Assembly: GCA_015680685.1 (NCBI GenBank)
Contig: MNCI01002843.1
Span: forward strand, 92,016-155,729
Length of the DNA: 63,714 nucleotides
DNA from: Gnetum montanum
Taxonomy: Eukaryota; Plantae; Gnetophyta
Reading direction: 5' to 3'
This document shows positions 13,894 to 27,017 of this stretch, one piece after another (within the stretch, counting starts at the first letter, position 1; each line of letters starts with the position of its first letter). Made by a program: the position numbers and the translations under genes. The notes below the pieces were generated by a model. It was not told the DNA's origin and made no database searches. It saw only the letters and a program-made list of their open reading frames with translations.

Positions 13894-15141
13894 TGATAAA
13901 ATCATTGATTCATGTAGCTATGATATCGTATCTACGATATTTGTAGCTCTACATACATTATCATAGATGCAATGTAGTGGGCCATGGTCATGCTTATAAA
14001 TACCAACCCATAGTTGCATTGAAATAACAACTTTTTTCCAACCCTCAGCAAAATTCTTGCAGTTCGTTTTCATAACTTAGACTTAGAGTTAGAGTGAATA
14101 CCCGTAGTGTGGTAAACTACAATTGTATGGAGTCTTTATTCGAGTGAATTGTTCTTGGATATAATTGATGACTACCAATAAAGATCAAGATTGTTTTTTA
14201 TCATTGTAGCAATTCGTTTAACATAATTTTTAGTTTTCTATAATGTTTACTTTCTTTCAGTCATTTACTTTTATTAAGTCATTTTACATTTCAATGTATT
14301 TTAGTAAGGCAACATAAGTATGACTGGTTTCGAGCAGAACGTGTAATTGTTTAGTAACCTAGTGGTAACTTTGTTTCATTCACTTAGTAGTAAAATCACT
14401 TGATAATCTTAGAAATAGTTACATTAGTCTAGGACATGTACAAAAAGCTAGAAATGGATACTTCACCATAGGCTAAAATAGATTTACATTTCTATCACAC
14501 TTAGGCTTAGAATTTACAATTCCTTTTACCATGTTGGTACTTAGTTTTATTTTGAGCCAAATAACATCAACATATCATATACCTCACTAACAGATAAACT
14601 ATATGATTAGCACCTCACTCACTCTAAGTGAGAAAAAAATGATCACGAAGAGAACATAAACTACTAGTATACTTACATTGTCCATCCACAAATTACGATC
14701 ATGTCACATGTGAACACTCATGACTTATATGATTGAGTGTTGGAATACCCAACTGCTCATCATTAGCACCATTGTTAGGGATGTGTCCATGTTTGCTAAG
14801 CAGTTGATTTTACATAGTTCATTATATCAAGCATCACAAAGTGAACACATAGTGTCAAAACACTTAACATGGCTTCTACAACTAAGGAAAAATCTCAATC
14901 TACTACTGAATTCCTTGAAAATCATGACAAGGACTACAATGAAGAAGAATGGAGTGTATCAATGCAGTCAAGGATTTCCTATGCTCATACCAATCCTTAT
15001 TATTCTAACTTCACATTTATTTTTCACTAGGATGAGCAAATCAGATAAAGAGATTTACAAGGCAAAGTTGTCTTGCCAATGAAATATTCAACACCATCGA
15101 TGCTTCAAGCATCTCTTATGAGGTCAAACCTTGGTCATGTG
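13894..15141 (+). mobile_element. Athila-like element D: 5' LTR (13894-14762), PBS (~14763-14782) and gag start (ATG 14869), truncated by element B
   Basis: TGAT...ATCA LTR homologous to the LTR of element C; PBS tagcaccattgttaggga; gag starts MASTTKE, similar to element C. Confidence 0.75.
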
Positions 15142-16211
15142 TGATGAGCGGTGGAGTATCCAACACCCAACCATATGAGCTATGAGTGTTCACATGCAGC
15201 CCAGTCAAATTCCATGGACAAAGAAATGTAATAATGCTAATAATTGATTTAAGTCCTCGAATGTTGTCTTCCCATGTGAGCTAGTAAAATTTATGCATAT
15301 GGTTTAACTCACAATGAGGTATATGATGTGTTGATGTTGTGGGGCCATAATTTTCCTAGTGAATATAAAGTGAATGTAGTAGTTTCTAAATCTAAGTGAT
15401 AGTAAAAAAATCTAATCTACCCTAGGCAATGAGCATCTAGTCCTGACCTTCTATTCATACCTTGGACTTCATGCAACTACTATTGGGATTACCAAGTACC
15501 TCACTATTGGGTGTACCAAGTGATAGTACTATTGGGTTACCAAACAATTATACTTAAGTGTTCGAGATCAGTTGTACTCATTTCTCTTATCAACAGTAAT
15601 GGTAAAGTGCATAGAAAGTAAATTAGTAACTAAGGAGAATAGTAGACATTATGCTAAGTCAAAGCAAAACAATTATTCTAAGCATAAACAGTAAAAACTA
15701 AGTGATGCTGCAATGATGCAAAGTAATCTTGATCTTTATTTCTATGCATGAAACGTGTCCAAGTACATTCCACTTGAATAAAGACTCTGTTCAATTACTA
15801 AACATCATACTGCTAAGTGCTAAGTGCTAAAATCAAGAAAACAAACCGATGGAATTTCATTAAATGTATAATGAAGTTGTATGTGAATGGTGTGCCTAAG
15901 TGTTGTATTTATAGGCCCGCACACATCCACGATATTGGATACATGACATCATAGCTTGTGCCTTGATATTGGGGATCTAATAACATAGCTTGTGAAACTT
16001 GATTTATCATACCATCATGATTGATTGAAAATTCATCCTTGAGTTAAAGCAAAATGAGTATGGAGTTCCTTACAAAATTGGGAGGTAGATTTACATGATA
16101 CTATTTACAAGAAACTGACTACTATATACATGAGTCTTAAATGCCATAGTAGTGTTTACAAAAATGACACGAATCATGTCATGATAACTTTACAAAACAA
16201 GAAAAAAAAAT

Positions 16212-17264
16212 CTAATGAAGCTTGAAAACTATATACATAAGTGTCTTGTGGTGGTGGTGGTGGGAATTTTGGTTGTTATTATCATTTTTGCTAATCTTTT
16301 CATTGCTATTGATCTTTTTCTTTTTCTTGTTCTTGTTCTTGCTCTTGCTCCTCACCATGATCTTTCCTTGGTGGTGTTGGTTTGAGCGACTTAGCTTATG
16401 AAGCATTTTGGGCTCTCTTGGGAATGTCATTGGTGTATTCTAGGATTTTGGCTTGTTTGCATAGCTTCTTGATAAAACAAGGGAATGGAAGTATTGGATT
16501 CCCTACCTTTCTTTCTTCAAACTGCCTTTGTATTTCTATGAAGTAGAGTTGTGCGAGGTTGGATTGTGTTTGCCCATCAAGATCACACTTCCTCTAGCTA
16601 CATACGTTGATAGTCGATTAAGTCCTTTTGTTGGGAACAGATGATAAGTGCCAATTTTGAAGTAGATTTGTTCTTCCATAGTTAGCTCACTATAACCTTT
16701 ATCTTCCTTGTCATATGTCTATTTTAGCATAATTTTTTGGTTTTAGGATCAGATTGCATAGAAAGATGTGCTACATTTGCCCCTTTGTTGGGTATATTCA
16801 AAGCTTTTGCAATTTCTTTGATCGAGAATGACAATGATATTCCTCCAATATTGACAGTGGTACCCTCTTCCTTATTATGCCAAAATTGGTAGGTCTCTCC
16901 AAGGTACCATTCATCATTCTGCGATAGTGTTGGCCATAGCAGTGATGCTTTGAGTTGCTTTCTAATCGCTTCAGGAAAAAATTCCATAAATGGACCAAAG
17001 TTCATCTCCCCAATAACTATGGTCAAGATGGATCTTTCTTGAATAGCTTAGAGGTAGTCTTGTAATAATGTGAGGCATTGTCCTTGGACTTGTGGTTCTT
17101 CTACCTTTCCTTGGGCCAGTTGTCTCGTAGTAGGAGTTTCTTGATGAATGCTGAATGAGTGGTCTTTGTGCTCTTTGTTTTCTAGTTTGACCTCTACCTT
17201 GGCCATATGGTCATTTACTTGCTCCTTGTGAAGGTCCTCCTTGTGCTCCTCTCTTAGGGATCAT
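16212..17264 (-). pseudogene. Athila accessory ('env-like') ORF2 of element B, short form, disrupted
   Basis: Starts MIPKRGAQGGPSQG; contains WYLGETYQFWHN, homologous to ORF2 of element A; stops present. Confidence 0.75.
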
Positions 17265-19452
17265 CTACAATAAATCTAGGATTGAAATTACCAAGGTATT
17301 TACATTTATTCTCAATGGTTCCATACCTTACTCATACCCTTAGTTTCATTAAGTTCTTAGTTTAGTAAGATTGTAGAGTTAGGAAAATTTTCAAAAAGTA
17401 ACCCCATAAGTGTTAATCTCTTTATAACCCTTCACAGTTGTTTAGTTTTTCCTTATGTATGACTCATGCTAATGGTTATGGTTCCATAAGAATATTAATT
17501 GAGTGTTTTGGATTTTGTATGATTGATTTATCTTTAAAAATTCCAACTTTCACTTCATACTTAACCTTAAGATACCTTCTAGGAGCTAGAATTTTTTGAA
17601 AAATTAGCTTAGAATTTCCTTACTAGCACCAACCCATGACTAAGTTTAGAACTCTATGATAAAATAGGTTCAAAAAGCACAAAAATTGGAGCAATATTGA
17701 TCAAGTTATGTCTTGGAAAAGCTAGTAGGTTAGAGCTTAGATTAGGAAAGAAAATTTGAAAAATCTCCCTTGTGTGCAAATGAAAATGATGAAAACATTT
17801 GCTAACTCTCGCACATATATATAGATTTTTCATGACTCGATATCAGGGACCCAACATCGGGGATCCGATATTGGTGCAGAGCCAATATCAGTGACCTGAT
17901 CTCGGAGCTCTATGAATTGCAATTTTCATGAAGGTTTGATGGGAGAAAATGACTTTTGTGGATCTCTAGAAGGTTTTAGGGTTACTCAAAGGGTTTGGAT
18001 GATGGAAATTTGCATGTTTTTATCAAAACTTTGTCATTGGAAGTTCTAGAGAAGGAATCTTGGGCTATGAAAGTTTATAAGATGGGCAAGAAGGGTAATA
18101 GATTTATGTTTTTAGAACGAATAGTTTGAGATGATATGGAAAGTGTTTATTGATGTTTGGAAGGTCAAGATGATGTGGAATTGCTTGAAAGGTATAAGAT
18201 ACAACCGTTATACAAGTGGGTCCTCCCCAAAGTAGGCTCTAGCCCTTAATGCCCTTGTATAACCATGCCTAGAAGTGTCCTTAGGTACTTAAGGAGTTGA
18301 ATGTAATGCATACTTGTTTAGCAAAACACACATGTTAGTACCACCAAATTGGGAAAATAATGCTATGTTACATAAAACCACAAGTTATGACTATTTAAAT
18401 AGTGAGATGAAATGGACATAGAAGGGATTGCAAAAATCAAGATGTGAGGTGTCTTACCATAGGCATAATGAATTCCTATGTTTTATTAGTGGTTAAAATA
18501 ATAATTAGCCTTTCTGTCCAAGATTCAAACCAAATCCAAACCATATTCCAGTGGCATCGCATCATTTCATCTCTTGAATTACAGCTGTGAAACTTTCAAA
18601 GTTGCAAGGAGTATCGTCACTTAGTGTATTTTCCAAGGGAGGAGTTTATTCATGGCACTTCCTTATTTTTTTTTAAATATTGAGATTTCTAAGAAGTTGC
18701 CTACCTTTAGGCATGGGTAACATGTCTTTCTAGTGGAACCCCTAGAAATTTATTTTGTGCCTTTTTATTTTTTATATGTGTAAATCTTTTAAGGAAACAC
18801 TTATTTTACTCTTACTCCCATTTTTTGTTATATCTACAAGGATATAATACAACCTTAGCAACATGATAGAACTCATAATAGTAATCCAAAAGAATCCACA
18901 AGTCCTCCTTGATGTTACACCCTTTTCATTCCCACTTGGTTCCTCACTTTTTAGTCCATGCATAATGATCACAGGTTTATTCATAGTTGTATCATTGAAA
19001 AGAATGTCATTATGGCTATGGTAAGAACCTCTTATTAATGGAATGGATGGATGGATGATGTGGGCTCATTGTTCAAATAATCAGTCCCTTATGACTTGAT
19101 AACATAGAGAAATCTTCACCTTATTAGACTACATCTTGCCTTTATTCTTGGTATGTTTTATTAGTAATCAAAAATTATTTAGAAAGGGTTGGAAATAAAG
19201 TATGAAAAAGATAGAAAGAATTGGAAAAATTATAAAGAATGAAAAATGTTAAAAGAATGAAAAGTGTCAAATAATATGAAAAATTTAAGAAATGAAAAGT
19301 ATTAAAGAATAAGAAAATATTAAAAATGTGTAAAAATTGTATAAAAAATTATCAAAGAGTGAAAAGAATTGTAAAAGAAAATTAAAAATCACTTATTAAT
19401 TCCCACCTTATGATAGGGCACCTCTCCCACAACTAAACTCTTGGGAAATAGT

Positions 19453-20300
19453 TTAGAAAATGCTCCTTAGATCTATTGGATCAAACACTCTAAGTAGTTC
19501 ACTAACCATCTTCAATGTTTTAACTTTTGGATTATTATCCCATGTGATTTTGATGGTAGTGGACTTATGTTTAGCTAAGTCTTTGTTTTCTTTTCCTATT
19601 GGTGTATGATCATAGTTTAATAGTTTCATTTTTGAGTTCTTAATTGGAGTCATTTTCTTAGGATAGGAATTAGTAAGTGGTTTAGATTGTTCCATGCATA
19701 TGTTAGATAATTTTTGGTTCTTAGTTAGTGGCCATGGGGTGTCTTTTGGTTTTGTGGCTCTTGCTCTTTCTTGTGCATACTCTTGTTGTTTAGATCTGTT
19801 GTGGACTGATGAACTAATTGTGTTGACATTTTGAATGATTAGTCCACGTTTATACCCTTTTCTTTCAATAGTAATGCATGGAATCCATTGCATATGTATG
19901 GCTATGTGCTTATCTTCTTTAGAGATCTCCATACATAAATCTCTCATATTTAGCTTAGCATTGATTATGCTAAGCCATGCTTTCCCCATGATGATTGAAA
20001 ATCTCCTATCAACATATTTTACATTGATTATTGGAAAATCTACTAGATATGACCATCCATTAATAGTGGTCACTACATCATCTATTTGTCCCATAGGAAT
20101 GACAATAGACTAATTTGCAAGCTTCAATATGATGTTGCACTCCTTGAATGATGGTAGGTTCCATGCTTGATATGTTTCGTAAGAGATCAGATTGACTTTG
20201 GAATCGGAGTCTAATAGAGCCTTGCATGGTAGATTTTCAGCTAGTCATAGATGAATCAAAGGAATTGGTGGATCAATTCTCTTCATAGGGAGTGGTCCTA
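19453..20300 (-). pseudogene. Retropepsin-like aspartic protease plus tail; no RT follows
   Basis: ALLDSDSKVNLISYETY...LKLAN*SIVIPMGQIDDVVTTING..DFPII...IIMGKAWL matches the gypsy protease pattern; the ORF ends at 19453 in AT-rich non-coding sequence. Confidence 0.75.
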
Positions 20301-23158
20301 CTCATGGTGAGGTATATGATGTATTGATGTTGTGGGGCCATAATTCTCCTAGTGAACATAAAGTAAATGTAGTAGTTTCTAAATCTAAGTGATTGTAAAC
20401 AAATCTAATCTACCCTAGGTGATGAGCATTTAGTCCTGATCTTTTTTTCATACCTTGGACTTCATGTAACTACTATTGGGATTACCAAGTACCTCACTAC
20501 TGGGTGTACCAAGTGATAGTACTATTGGGTTACCAAGCAGTTACACTTAAGTGTTCAAGATTAGTTGTACTCATTCCGCTTATCAATAGTAATGGTAAAG
20601 TGCATAGAAAGTAAATTACTAACTAAGGAAAATATGTATAGAACTATTATTTTTATGTGAGATGAGTATAAATGATATGATTCCTATGTTATGTAGGCAT
20701 GATTAAACCTTGATGTGATTATAGTACTCGTATGATTTTTATGTTGTGCACATGTGATTAGGTCATGATAGTGCTTAGAGTGGTCATGTTGTAATGGTGC
20801 ATAGTGGTATGATAAATCATGGTTTAGTGTCCTTTATTTAGACTCTTGAATATGACATTATGCATGCAGAACTTTTGAGACTATAACTATGCATGGTTTC
20901 ATGTGGTGTTATTAACTTATGTTATACTAACCCTAATGCAAGTATTTGATAACCCCACATGTCACTTGGCGGTAATAATGATTTTTGAATAATCTTAACT
21001 ATCTAAAACTCTATTACTAGTCCCTAGTAACAATACTAATGATGAGTGGCTAAGTAACTAAATGTCTAATCATAGAAATCATAATCATACATGTATGATT
21101 CAATTGAATTCCATGAATTAAGGCTAGTTGAATGTCCTATATAATTAAGCATTAAGTCATTGACCATTTGTATTTCCAATTACACTTATGTGGTCTTAGT
21201 GTTATATGGTTAAGTATAGTTGGGGTACATAATCAAATTTTATTATTATTAAAATATTATAAATACTGAAATATTAAAGTATTTATCTAATTATTCTAAG
21301 TGCAAGAAAGAAATCTAGTCTAGCTTAAGCATAGAACATTCATTGTCAACTTACTATACATATCCTGATCATGTATTAAGGTTGCCAGGTTATCACATTT
21401 TCACTACTAGGAGTACCACGTATCACTCCTAGGATTACTAAACATTAATACATTTATGCTTGAATTTTGTTGTACTCATGCAAAATTACTAAGTGTGATA
21501 AAGTAAAACTATTTAGCTAAGTGCATAAAATTAAAGAAAAATTTAAAGTAAATGATAAGTAAAGAGACTAAAATAGGAATTCAAGTACTATAATGAATAT
21601 AATAGATTTATTTAGAGTTTGTGAAATATAATTTTGTTTCTTATATTCTTTAACTAGTGTTAACTACTCATTTTATCTGTTCATTATATTGACATGATTG
21701 AAGATTATTGAGAATCTTAAAAAGTATGTTAAAAAATCCCATAGAGGATAGAAATCTTGGAAATATTACAAACTTTTTTAAAATCACCCTAGTGCACAAT
21801 GTAAATGTAAATAAATGTCAATATTAAAGCTTAAAATCATATGAATCAAAGTTGTGTAGCAAGGGAAAAAACACAAAATCATAAAGTTGTATAAAAAGCA
21901 CCATTATAAATCAATGAAAAACCTTGAAAATATATAAACACTAGGTCACTATCACATGGATTCAGGCCTTTGACATTGTTAACACTTGCCCTCTTATCTT
22001 ATCTTTTCTTTTCTTTTTGCATTTTCTCCCACTCTTTTTGTTCTCTAATCTTTATTCTCATGTTTTACAAAATGCATAGTTGGAAAGGTATTTATAATGT
22101 GAACGAGGCTATAAAATAATATAAGAATAGCATGGAAATCCTAGATAAGATCCCATTTATTTGATCTTATGACATAAATTTTTGTCTTCTCATAAATCTT
22201 TATTTCAAAGGTAACTGATGGGACACGATATCGCATCCCCCGCGATATCGCGTCTTCCCTGTGATATCGCATATGCAATATTGCAGTCTGCTGCAATGTC
22301 TATAAATAAGAAGCGGCTCTCCCTTATTTCAAAATCATAGTTTAGATTGTAGCTAGATTCTGGCAGTTTGATCCCTCCAGAGTTAGATTATTTTTCTAGT
22401 GTCTGCCTGTAGTTTGGTAAATGTAATTGTACGACATTCTTTATTCGAGTGTGATGTACTTGGACGTGCACATGACTGGCAATAAAGATCAAGATTACTT
22501 AATCATTGCAGGATTCACTTTGTTTATTTATTTATTTATTTAAATGTTATTTATTATTTCTCTCTCACCCTTGAACTTGATTACGACTTGATTACGAGCA
22601 TTTAAGTGTGACTACTTGGTAACCCAATGGAATACCTAGGATCTGCGCTTGGTAATCCCAGTGGTAGTCATGCACGAAGTCCAAGATGTGTATGGATGAT
22701 CAAGGAATCGGCTGCTCATCGCACTTAGGCTAGATTAGATTCTTTTACCCTTTCTCTCCTAGCTTAGCTTAGTTAATATTACTTTTCATCGCCTTTAGGA
22801 GTAGCATTAGGTTAGAACACATCATACACCTCACTTTGGACTAAACCATATGTGACAAATATAATACTAGTCCAAGTGGGAAGATAGCGAACTCTGACCT
22901 ACAGTGAACGATCTAGGTGCCACAACTAGTCCGTCTGCGGAGTTCGACTGGATCGCACATGAAAACGCTCGTATTCGTATGATTGAGTGTAGGGGGTACC
23001 TTGCCACTCATCATAGGAGCTGTTTCCGGGGACGGTGCTAGTTATCTAAATTAGTTATATCATACAAGGTCACTGTATAAGGACTTAACGATATATCTCT
23101 TAGGAAGAAGAAACAATTATTAAAATTCACATATAAATTCACACACAACTTTACAACA

Positions 23159-24361
23159 ATGTCTCTCCTACAAGATAATAATAATGCCACACTTAGTAAG
23201 GAAGTTCCTTGGAGAACTAATGAACTATATGATGATGAAGATTGGAGTATACAACCTGAAGTAAGGGTTTCCTATAAACATGAATGAAAAAAACGTCATC
23301 CCAATGCACGAAAGCATAACTTACCCGATGACGATGAACACCCACTGGCCACTACAAGCTTAACACAAATACAAGAGGCTATTAGAATCTCACGTAGGCA
23401 TTGTAAAGAGAGCAGTCTACCCAGGGTCTATTTAAACAACTTTCCTAAGTTTTCAGGAGGCTATGACTTAGATCCATATCAACATTTACAAGCCTGCTAC
23501 GATGCGTACACATGGAAAAAAATTGATAATGGGTGGAAAAAACTTAAGCTCTTTCCCATGACACTCGTTGACCAAGCAAAAGTATGGTATAGATTGTTAA
23601 AACCAAATTCGATACGACACTAGTCAACAATGGTAGAAGTGTTTAACGAAAAATATCAAACCTACGCAAGAGTGTCAGCCTTGAGGAAACAAATCCAAGG
23701 ATGGAAATAAGCAAAACATGAACCCTTAGACATGGCCTTAGAAAGATATCATGCACTATTAAACAACTATCTAGGCCATGGGTTTTCCGAGGAAAGGCCA
23801 ATGTACCATATCATTGATGGGCTATGTAATGAAACAAGAGAGACCTTAGGAATGTATGCCCAAGGTCAACTATACAAACTACAAACCCATCAAGTCCAAG
23901 AGCTTGTTAAGAAGGTAGCAAAAGAAGAAGGAGAATTAGCTAGATGGGAGAGTGTTGAAAAAGATCAACGAGACCCAAATCTCAAATTAACAAAGGTCCA
24001 TGATCATGAAAGGGAGAAATCAACCAATCTCAAGGTGGAGACATCACCTTTGCCAATACAACAATTGTTAGAAGAAGCTAAGGCAAAGATCAATAAGATG
24101 TTGGAATGGATGTATCAAAAGTGTGGAGAATATGTTAACATTATTGGAGATAAAGTTTTAACAACTCAAGAAGCAGGAAAAAATAGTAGACAATCAGAAA
24201 GAAGGGATAAGGAAAAGAAGTGCTCAACTGCCAATCATACATACAAATGCAACATATGCCTGTACGATCACCCCAAGGGCCAATGCCCAATATTGTTACA
24301 TCTACATGAGCATTGGGGAAACACATTACATCTAGAGTTCATACAGAGATACTATGTTTGA
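23159..24361 (+). pseudogene. gag: Athila-like gag of element A (in-frame stops); Pro/His-rich tail continues to ~25157
   Basis: FPKFSGGYDLDPYQHL..LKLFPMTLVDQAKVWY.. capsid-like region and zinc knuckle CNICLYDHPKGQC; in frame with ORF 23732-24361. Confidence 0.85.
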
Positions 24362-25319
24362 CAACAGTGGCAACAATCTCAGTCGTGGGGGAGACCACCC
24401 TTAGACTGGAGGCACCCTTCATATTATCCGAATCCAAACGCTTATCAAATTCAACATCCTATTTCTCCAACTGGGCCAACATACTTTATCTCACCACAGT
24501 ACTATTCTCCACAATACTATCAGCCCATACCTCCAACACAACTATCACCTTATGCACCTTACATCCCTCCTAACTTTCAACATTCTCATCCTTTATCTCC
24601 TTCCACAGTGCCACCAACTGTTCCTAAGGTTTTTGTGTCATAACAACAACCCACGAACAACACTTGTGCTACTACTACTAATAGCGGTGAAAGGCCTCCT
24701 CAACATCAAAGGCATCCTTTCTTTAAACATGATCGTAAGAAGGGACAACCCAATTTAGAGGCCACTGCATCTTCCAACCCAGCACAAGTCCCATACTATG
24801 GTGCACCCTCATCTTCAAACTCCATGCCTCATGTAACTTCATCAGGGCCACCATCTAACACTCCAACAACCATACGGCCCAATGAACACAACCATGGGAG
24901 GCATCAACCCAATCCTTGCATACCATCTAACGGTCACAAACATCATAGTGGGTCAACTTGTTATCCAAAAACTACATCGTATAAAGTGCCCCACTATGCA
25001 TATTATAATCAAGTGTGTGAACCCTAAGGGGATAAATATGGTCAGGCCCCAATATTTTCAACATGCAAGGATCCTCATTTTCCATTTATTAATCCTTGCC
25101 ATACTCAACCATTTAGTTATGGAGGATATCCCCCATTCTAATAACAAGCAGGATTAATAAATATTTTTCAGTTTTCTTTGATTTTTCAACTTTTTGTTTT
25201 CCAGTTTTTCATTTTTTCACTTTGTTTTATCTTTTTATCTTTTTGTGTGTTTGTCTTTTTAAGTTTTTGTAAAGTAATCTCATCGGTGTGTTCTATGTTA
25301 TTAAGTCATGAGTGGTCAA

Positions 25320-26175
25320 TGATTTGGAATAGTGAGCCCATTACACCCACTCATCCACTCTACAAATAAGAGGTTCTGTTCAAGGGCACAGTGATATTCT
25401 TGACATTTTTAAAAACATAAAATTAATTTTGTGTTCATTGTACCTAGAATAAAGAAGAATGGACCAAGAGGGAATGATTAGGGTGTGACATCAAGGGGAT
25501 TTGCGGATTTTCTTTGGTGACACCTGTGGGAGTTATCATGCAATGTGGTTGTACTAAGATCCTTGTAGATCTAACGAAAAATGGGAGTAAGAGTAATCAA
25601 AAGGACACTTGAAAATCGAATGCTGATCTGGGGGGTTCCGTTGGAAAGACATGCACCCATGCCTGAAGGTTGGTTATTTCTCTGGATTCAGTAAAGAGAA
25701 AAAAAAAAACCAAAGTGCCATAAAACAAAAATCACTCCTCCCTTGTACTAAACGCCAAGGGATCGTACGCCTTGTTGTTATGGTACTCTCATAGTTGTTC
25801 ATCATGGGATGAAACAATGTGATGTCATTGATTAAAAGGATGGAATTGGTCCTAATCTTGGAATGATGGGTTAATGCCATATTAATCATGCTTTACACGC
25901 AGGATTCATTGTGCCCTGGGTCAGTTACCTCATGTTCCAATCTCTACGATCCTTTTCTATAGTTCATCTCATCTCACTGTTTGTGTAATTGTAGCTCGTG
26001 TCCTGTGTAGCATAGAATTTTCATCTCATTCCGGTGATATTTACATGTGTGTGTTTTGTGGAGTTAGTGCGGATTACATTTAACCCTTCTAGTGCCCATG
26101 GACACTTTAAGTGTGGTTACACAAGGGCATTCTAGGTTGAAACCTGCTTTGGGAAGGATCCACTTGTGTAATTTT
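25320..26175 (+). other. Conserved non-coding, probably structured RNA block (homolog at ~18200-19080, minus)
   Basis: Colinear conserved blocks between elements A and B with no shared ORF; several complementary segments are retained in both copies. Confidence 0.55.
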
Positions 26176-26454
26176 GTTGTAATCTTCACTAATTCTCTAG
26201 CTTAATTTTTCATAATTCTCTTTCCCTACTATTATCCCTCCAAACTTTAATGTTCCAATGTACCATTACATTCCCTTTTTTCTTAACCGCCAAATTTTTA
26301 CGGCTAAAGTTCACATCCTTATCATTAATGGTGCCTCTCAAATCAATGAAATTACCCTAGGACATCTTAATACTTGCCAATGTCCTCAATTTCCACCATT
26401 AATTTCAAGAAAAATCATTAAAAATTCAGTATTTTCATGTGTCTCACATTAGTA

Positions 26455-26550
26455 GGGACGAGATATCGCGTACATGATATCGCATCCCACATGATATCGC
26501 GTATGCGATGTATCGTACGCGATATTGCATCCTATTTTTCTATAAATAGG
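26455..26550 (+). promoter_or_regulatory. Putative internal promoter of ORF2: GATATCG array plus TATA (ctataaata)
   Basis: Same layout as LTR U3 (22226-22310); an equivalent array and TATA lie at ~17815-17900 on the minus strand in element B. Confidence 0.6.
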
Positions 26551-27017
26551 TACCCCCACTGCAACACTCAGCATTATTTTTCCATTTCTAGGGGTGAGTT
26601 GTTGAAATTTTTCTCTACGACTTGCGATTGTGTGACCCTTGCTTTTCCACTCATATCTCGCTCACTGGTGCATCAATTTTGATTTCGTTTGAACCTGCTT
26701 GAACCTGGAATGTTTAGTTTAGTTGTGGGGGAGAGACACGTACCGAAAAGTTCCTAACATTTTTGAAATTTATCATCGCCCAAAGGACATCAATTGGGGT
26801 AATTAACACTGACACTTAGAATAATTGTGCCAAAAATCATATGACCTTAGGTACACCGGGAGACTAGAATGATAACCACCTAAGTTACAAGACCCATTAT
26901 TACAAACTTTCAGGCACGATCACACATTATAACATAAGATATTTAATTAAGGCAAGTAGTAAGGTATAACTTAACTTTAAAAAAACCTTACTAATGCTTG
27001 ATCTGTGTGATTGCAAA

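Larger units (their letters stand above)
15142..20633 (-). mobile_element. Athila-like element B: 3' LTR 15142-16009, ORF2, conserved non-coding block, protease, partial LTR copy ~20306-20633
   Basis: LTR ends; PPT-region motif (ctcaaggatgaattttc on minus) matches element A; 20306-20633 nearly duplicates ~15314-15640. Confidence 0.8.

Noticed and set aside
25320-26175. Hammerhead ribozyme or group I/II intron identity for the conserved block
   Set aside because: No CUGAUGA/GAAA core, group I R/S motifs or group II domain V recognised by eye.
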